Below, piece by piece: positions 62,057-64,000 of a stretch of 64,000 nt of DNA. A model generated the notes under the pieces. The model saw only the letters and a list, made by a program, of their open reading frames with translations, was not told the origin of the DNA and searched no databases. The DNA comes from a virus. The stretch is taken from IMG/VR virus record IMGVR_UViG_3300047323_000304, positions 96,001 through 160,000 of that record; one strand, written 5' to 3'. The number at the start of each line of letters is the position of its first letter. Position 1 is the first letter of the stretch. Made by a program: the position numbers and the translations under genes.

Positions 62057-62881
62057 TTAACAAGCTATATTACTTAATTCTTCTATTACTTGTTCTAATG
62101 GTTTATTAAATACTTTTCCATCTTTAACTAGTTTCTTATATATGTATGTAATTCCTTTAGGTCTTATTAGCGTTTTATAGTCTGTTCTATGAGTATACTT
62201 ATTAACTACTGGAATAACTTTAAAATAATCAATATACGCTTGATATGGTACATTATTATCCATTAGTATTTTACTATCTCTTAACCATGTGAACAATCTA
62301 GTTCTTCCTAATTCTTTAGACTCTAGTATTTTTGCATATGTACCTACATCATAACAACCATTTGCATTAATAAACTTGTCCATTAAACTTACAATAGGTT
62401 TCATCTCAGCATTTTCATCTTTTAGTAATAAATTTTCTTCTTTTAATCTTGTGACTTTATTTTGTAAAATAGTCATGGCTTGAAGAACAAATTCGTCATC
62501 TGACATCTCACCACTTACAACTTTTTCTTCTCCGTTTATGTATGCTCCATCTTTTCTAATTGCAGGTATAACTACTCCTGTAATCCATTTTTTAAAATCT
62601 TTCGCTATCTTATATCTTTCTGGATTTCTTTTAGTTATAGACAATACTGAATTATATAATCCACTTTCATTAATTACTAGACATTCTTGTTCTCCTCCAA
62701 GGGTAAGCAAAGTTTGCGTATCCTTCTCATCATCATCTAAATTCCTTGTCATATCAGTAGCTTTATCATATTGCAATACTTTTGCCACGTCTGAACCCAT
62801 AAACCAAATTACATTATTAATTTCAATTGCTCTTACTCCACCAAACCTTTCATTTAAAAATTCTTGTACCTTATTACTCAT
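62057..62881 (-). CDS. BRO-N / KilAC phage antirepressor
   Basis: GGVRAIE...WFMGSDVAKVL...INESGLY...FKKWITGVVIPAIRKDGAY; C-terminal RTRLFTWLRDSKIL. Confidence 0.9.
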   Translation of the reverse strand: MSNKVQEFLNERFGGVRAIEINNVIWFMGSDVAKVLQYDKATDMTRNLDDDEKDTQTLLTLGGEQECLVINESGLYNSVLSITKRNPERYKIAKDFKKWITGVVIPAIRKDGAYINGEEKVVSGEMSDDEFVLQAMTILQNKVTRLKEENLLLKDENAEMKPIVSLMDKFINANGCYDVGTYAKILESKELGRTRLFTWLRDSKILMDNNVPYQAYIDYFKVIPVVNKYTHRTDYKTLIRPKGITYIYKKLVKDGKVFNKPLEQVIEELSNIAC

Positions 62882-63026
62882 TAAACATCTCTCCCTTTTA
62901 TTTTTTTATTTTGGCATTTAATATGCTTACATAAAGATACCTATTAGATATCTTTAAATTTGCATACTGTTTATATTCTCTTTAATTTATTACTATAGAT
63001 AAAGTGAGTATTTGATTGGAACTTAA

Positions 63027-63341
63027 CTACCAACTAATATTAACAAATTCGCCTTGTTGTGCATCTGAATATGAAAATTTATATCCTAAACTCTCTAGTT
63101 CTGTTTTAACTTTATCTCTTAAATATTTTACATTAATCCAATAACAACCTTGTTTTGTTTCTGATAACTTATCATTGTATTTTATTGTAATACTGTTACA
63201 TCTGCATTGTGCTTGCCTTTTTAATCCTTCAAATAAAGTTTCTTTAAACTCTTCCCAAAACTCATTAGCTCCTTTAATTTCTGATTCCTCAGTGATCTTT
63301 CTCATTTCTTCTGCTTTCATTTTAATACATCCTTCTTTCAT
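63027..63341 (-). CDS. hypothetical protein
   Basis: ORF on dominant strand; resembles 58726..59040. Confidence 0.55.
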   Translation of the reverse strand: MKEGCIKMKAEEMRKITEESEIKGANEFWEEFKETLFEGLKRQAQCRCNSITIKYNDKLSETKQGCYWINVKYLRDKVKTELESLGYKFSYSDAQQGEFVNISW

Positions 63342-63495
63342 TAATTATTTTTATTTTCCAGTTCTTGTAAAATTCATGTTTTATAACCTTTTTAATTTAT
63401 TTAAAATATAAGTTTTATAAACTCTTTAATATAGTAATTAATACTTTATTATAATAAAAACAGGTGTTTTTAAGTCACCTGTTTTATAAGGGTGT

Positions 63496-64000
63496 TTACC
63501 TAACTTCAACAACATAAAATCCTTCAGCATTAGCTTTATCTATCAATTCAATGTTATCTATGTGCATACAATAAACTCTTTCTCTAAACTCTCTAGGAAC
63601 TAACTCACAAAGTTTTCTTAATGATGTATGAACATTTCCATCATAATCAGCTAAACAACAATCAGTATATACAATTCCATTTGCATCAAGAACTGTTTTC
63701 ATATTTCTATTTCCTGTTGTATCTCCTGTATATAATGTTGGTATATTATTTTTTGTTAAAACGTATGAGTACGATGGTATTTCTTTAACATGAAGTGTTT
63801 TTAAAGATGTAATGCCAATTTCATACTTATCTTTAAATATTCTTAAATCTAAAATATTGTATAGTTCACCTAATTTACATCCAGTACAATCTAAAAATGT
63901 TCTTAATTGATATTCTTCAGGATAGTATACATTGGCTTTAATCCCCTTACAATAGAAACAATACATTATAAGACTACTCAGACTTCCACAATGGTCACTA
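63496..64000 (-). CDS. Metallo-beta-lactamase-fold hydrolase (RNase Z-like), 5' end outside the window
   Basis: The frame stays open to the window edge and gives ...SDHCGSLSSL; also TLHVKEIPSY, LYTGDT, YTDCC, HTSL and MH motifs. Confidence 0.75.
   Translation of the reverse strand, partial: SDHCGSLSSLIMYCFYCKGIKANVYYPEEYQLRTFLDCTGCKLGELYNILDLRIFKDKYEIGITSLKTLHVKEIPSYSYVLTKNNIPTLYTGDTTGNRNMKTVLDANGIVYTDCCLADYDGNVHTSLRKLCELVPREFRERVYCMHIDNIELIDKANAEGFYVVEVR

Larger units (their letters stand above)
7683..63402 (-). repeat. Dispersed AT-rich motif TAAATTAAAAA(T/G)AA, often just upstream of TTGACA/TTGACT promoters
   Basis: Copies by eye near 7692, 10411, 10551, 20004, 26732, 29196, 30394, 33385, 34438, 35658, 38102, 40819, 41847, 47827, 55289, 60401 and 63389; all on the coding strand and intergenic. 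Confidence 0.65.

Noticed and set aside
7683-63402. Repeated motif as a CRISPR array
   Set aside because: Copies are kilobases apart, not regularly spaced, and no cas genes are present
443-63411. Most + strand ORFs in the track (e.g. 3098..3556, 9169..9483, 50286..50663, 62538..62921)
   Set aside because: They are antisense shadows of well-supported minus-strand genes, with Phe/Ser/Leu/Ile-rich composition and no RBS. Only the two XRE genes and the 24-aa peptide were kept.
1-64000. tRNA or rRNA genes and virion structural genes
   Set aside because: No cloverleaf/T-loop signatures or structural-protein motifs were recognised; by-eye scanning could miss a divergent tRNA

Overview
This AT-rich window is most likely part of a large temperate phage or prophage of a low-GC Firmicute, probably Clostridium-like, and it resembles SPbeta/c-st-type phages. 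Nearly all real genes lie on the minus strand, and most plus-strand ORFs in the track are antisense shadows. From the left end it contains: (1) a replication module of primase (partial), DnaB-like helicase, small Zn protein, AAA ATPase and putative SSB; (2) a long early region of small hypothetical genes punctuated by sigma-A promoters that share an AT-rich motif; (3) accessory enzymes, namely a GH13 alpha-amylase, a nucleotidyltransferase, a TIR/SEFIR protein, guanylate kinase and RNase H; (4) several free-standing homing endonucleases and a Tn3-derived MITE that splits a gene; (5) a 1.2-kb gene-free interval with two DnaA boxes, a candidate small RNA and a candidate large ornate RNA of about 520-620 nt; (6) a lysogeny-control region with a YopQ-like protein, an MrpR-like degenerate tyrosine recombinase, two divergent XRE regulators, an intact XerC/D-type recombinase and a BRO antirepressor. 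The main candidate novel system is a three-gene unit immediately downstream of the MrpR-like gene. It encodes an extended MazF endoribonuclease with no MazE, a 218-aa helical TPR-like protein with no obvious DNA-binding domain, and an unannotated 30-aa secreted pre-peptide whose predicted mature product is the hexapeptide GTSTRG. I infer an arbitrium-like peptide communication system wired directly to a phage-encoded MazF. All family assignments come from motif recognition by eye; no searches were run.
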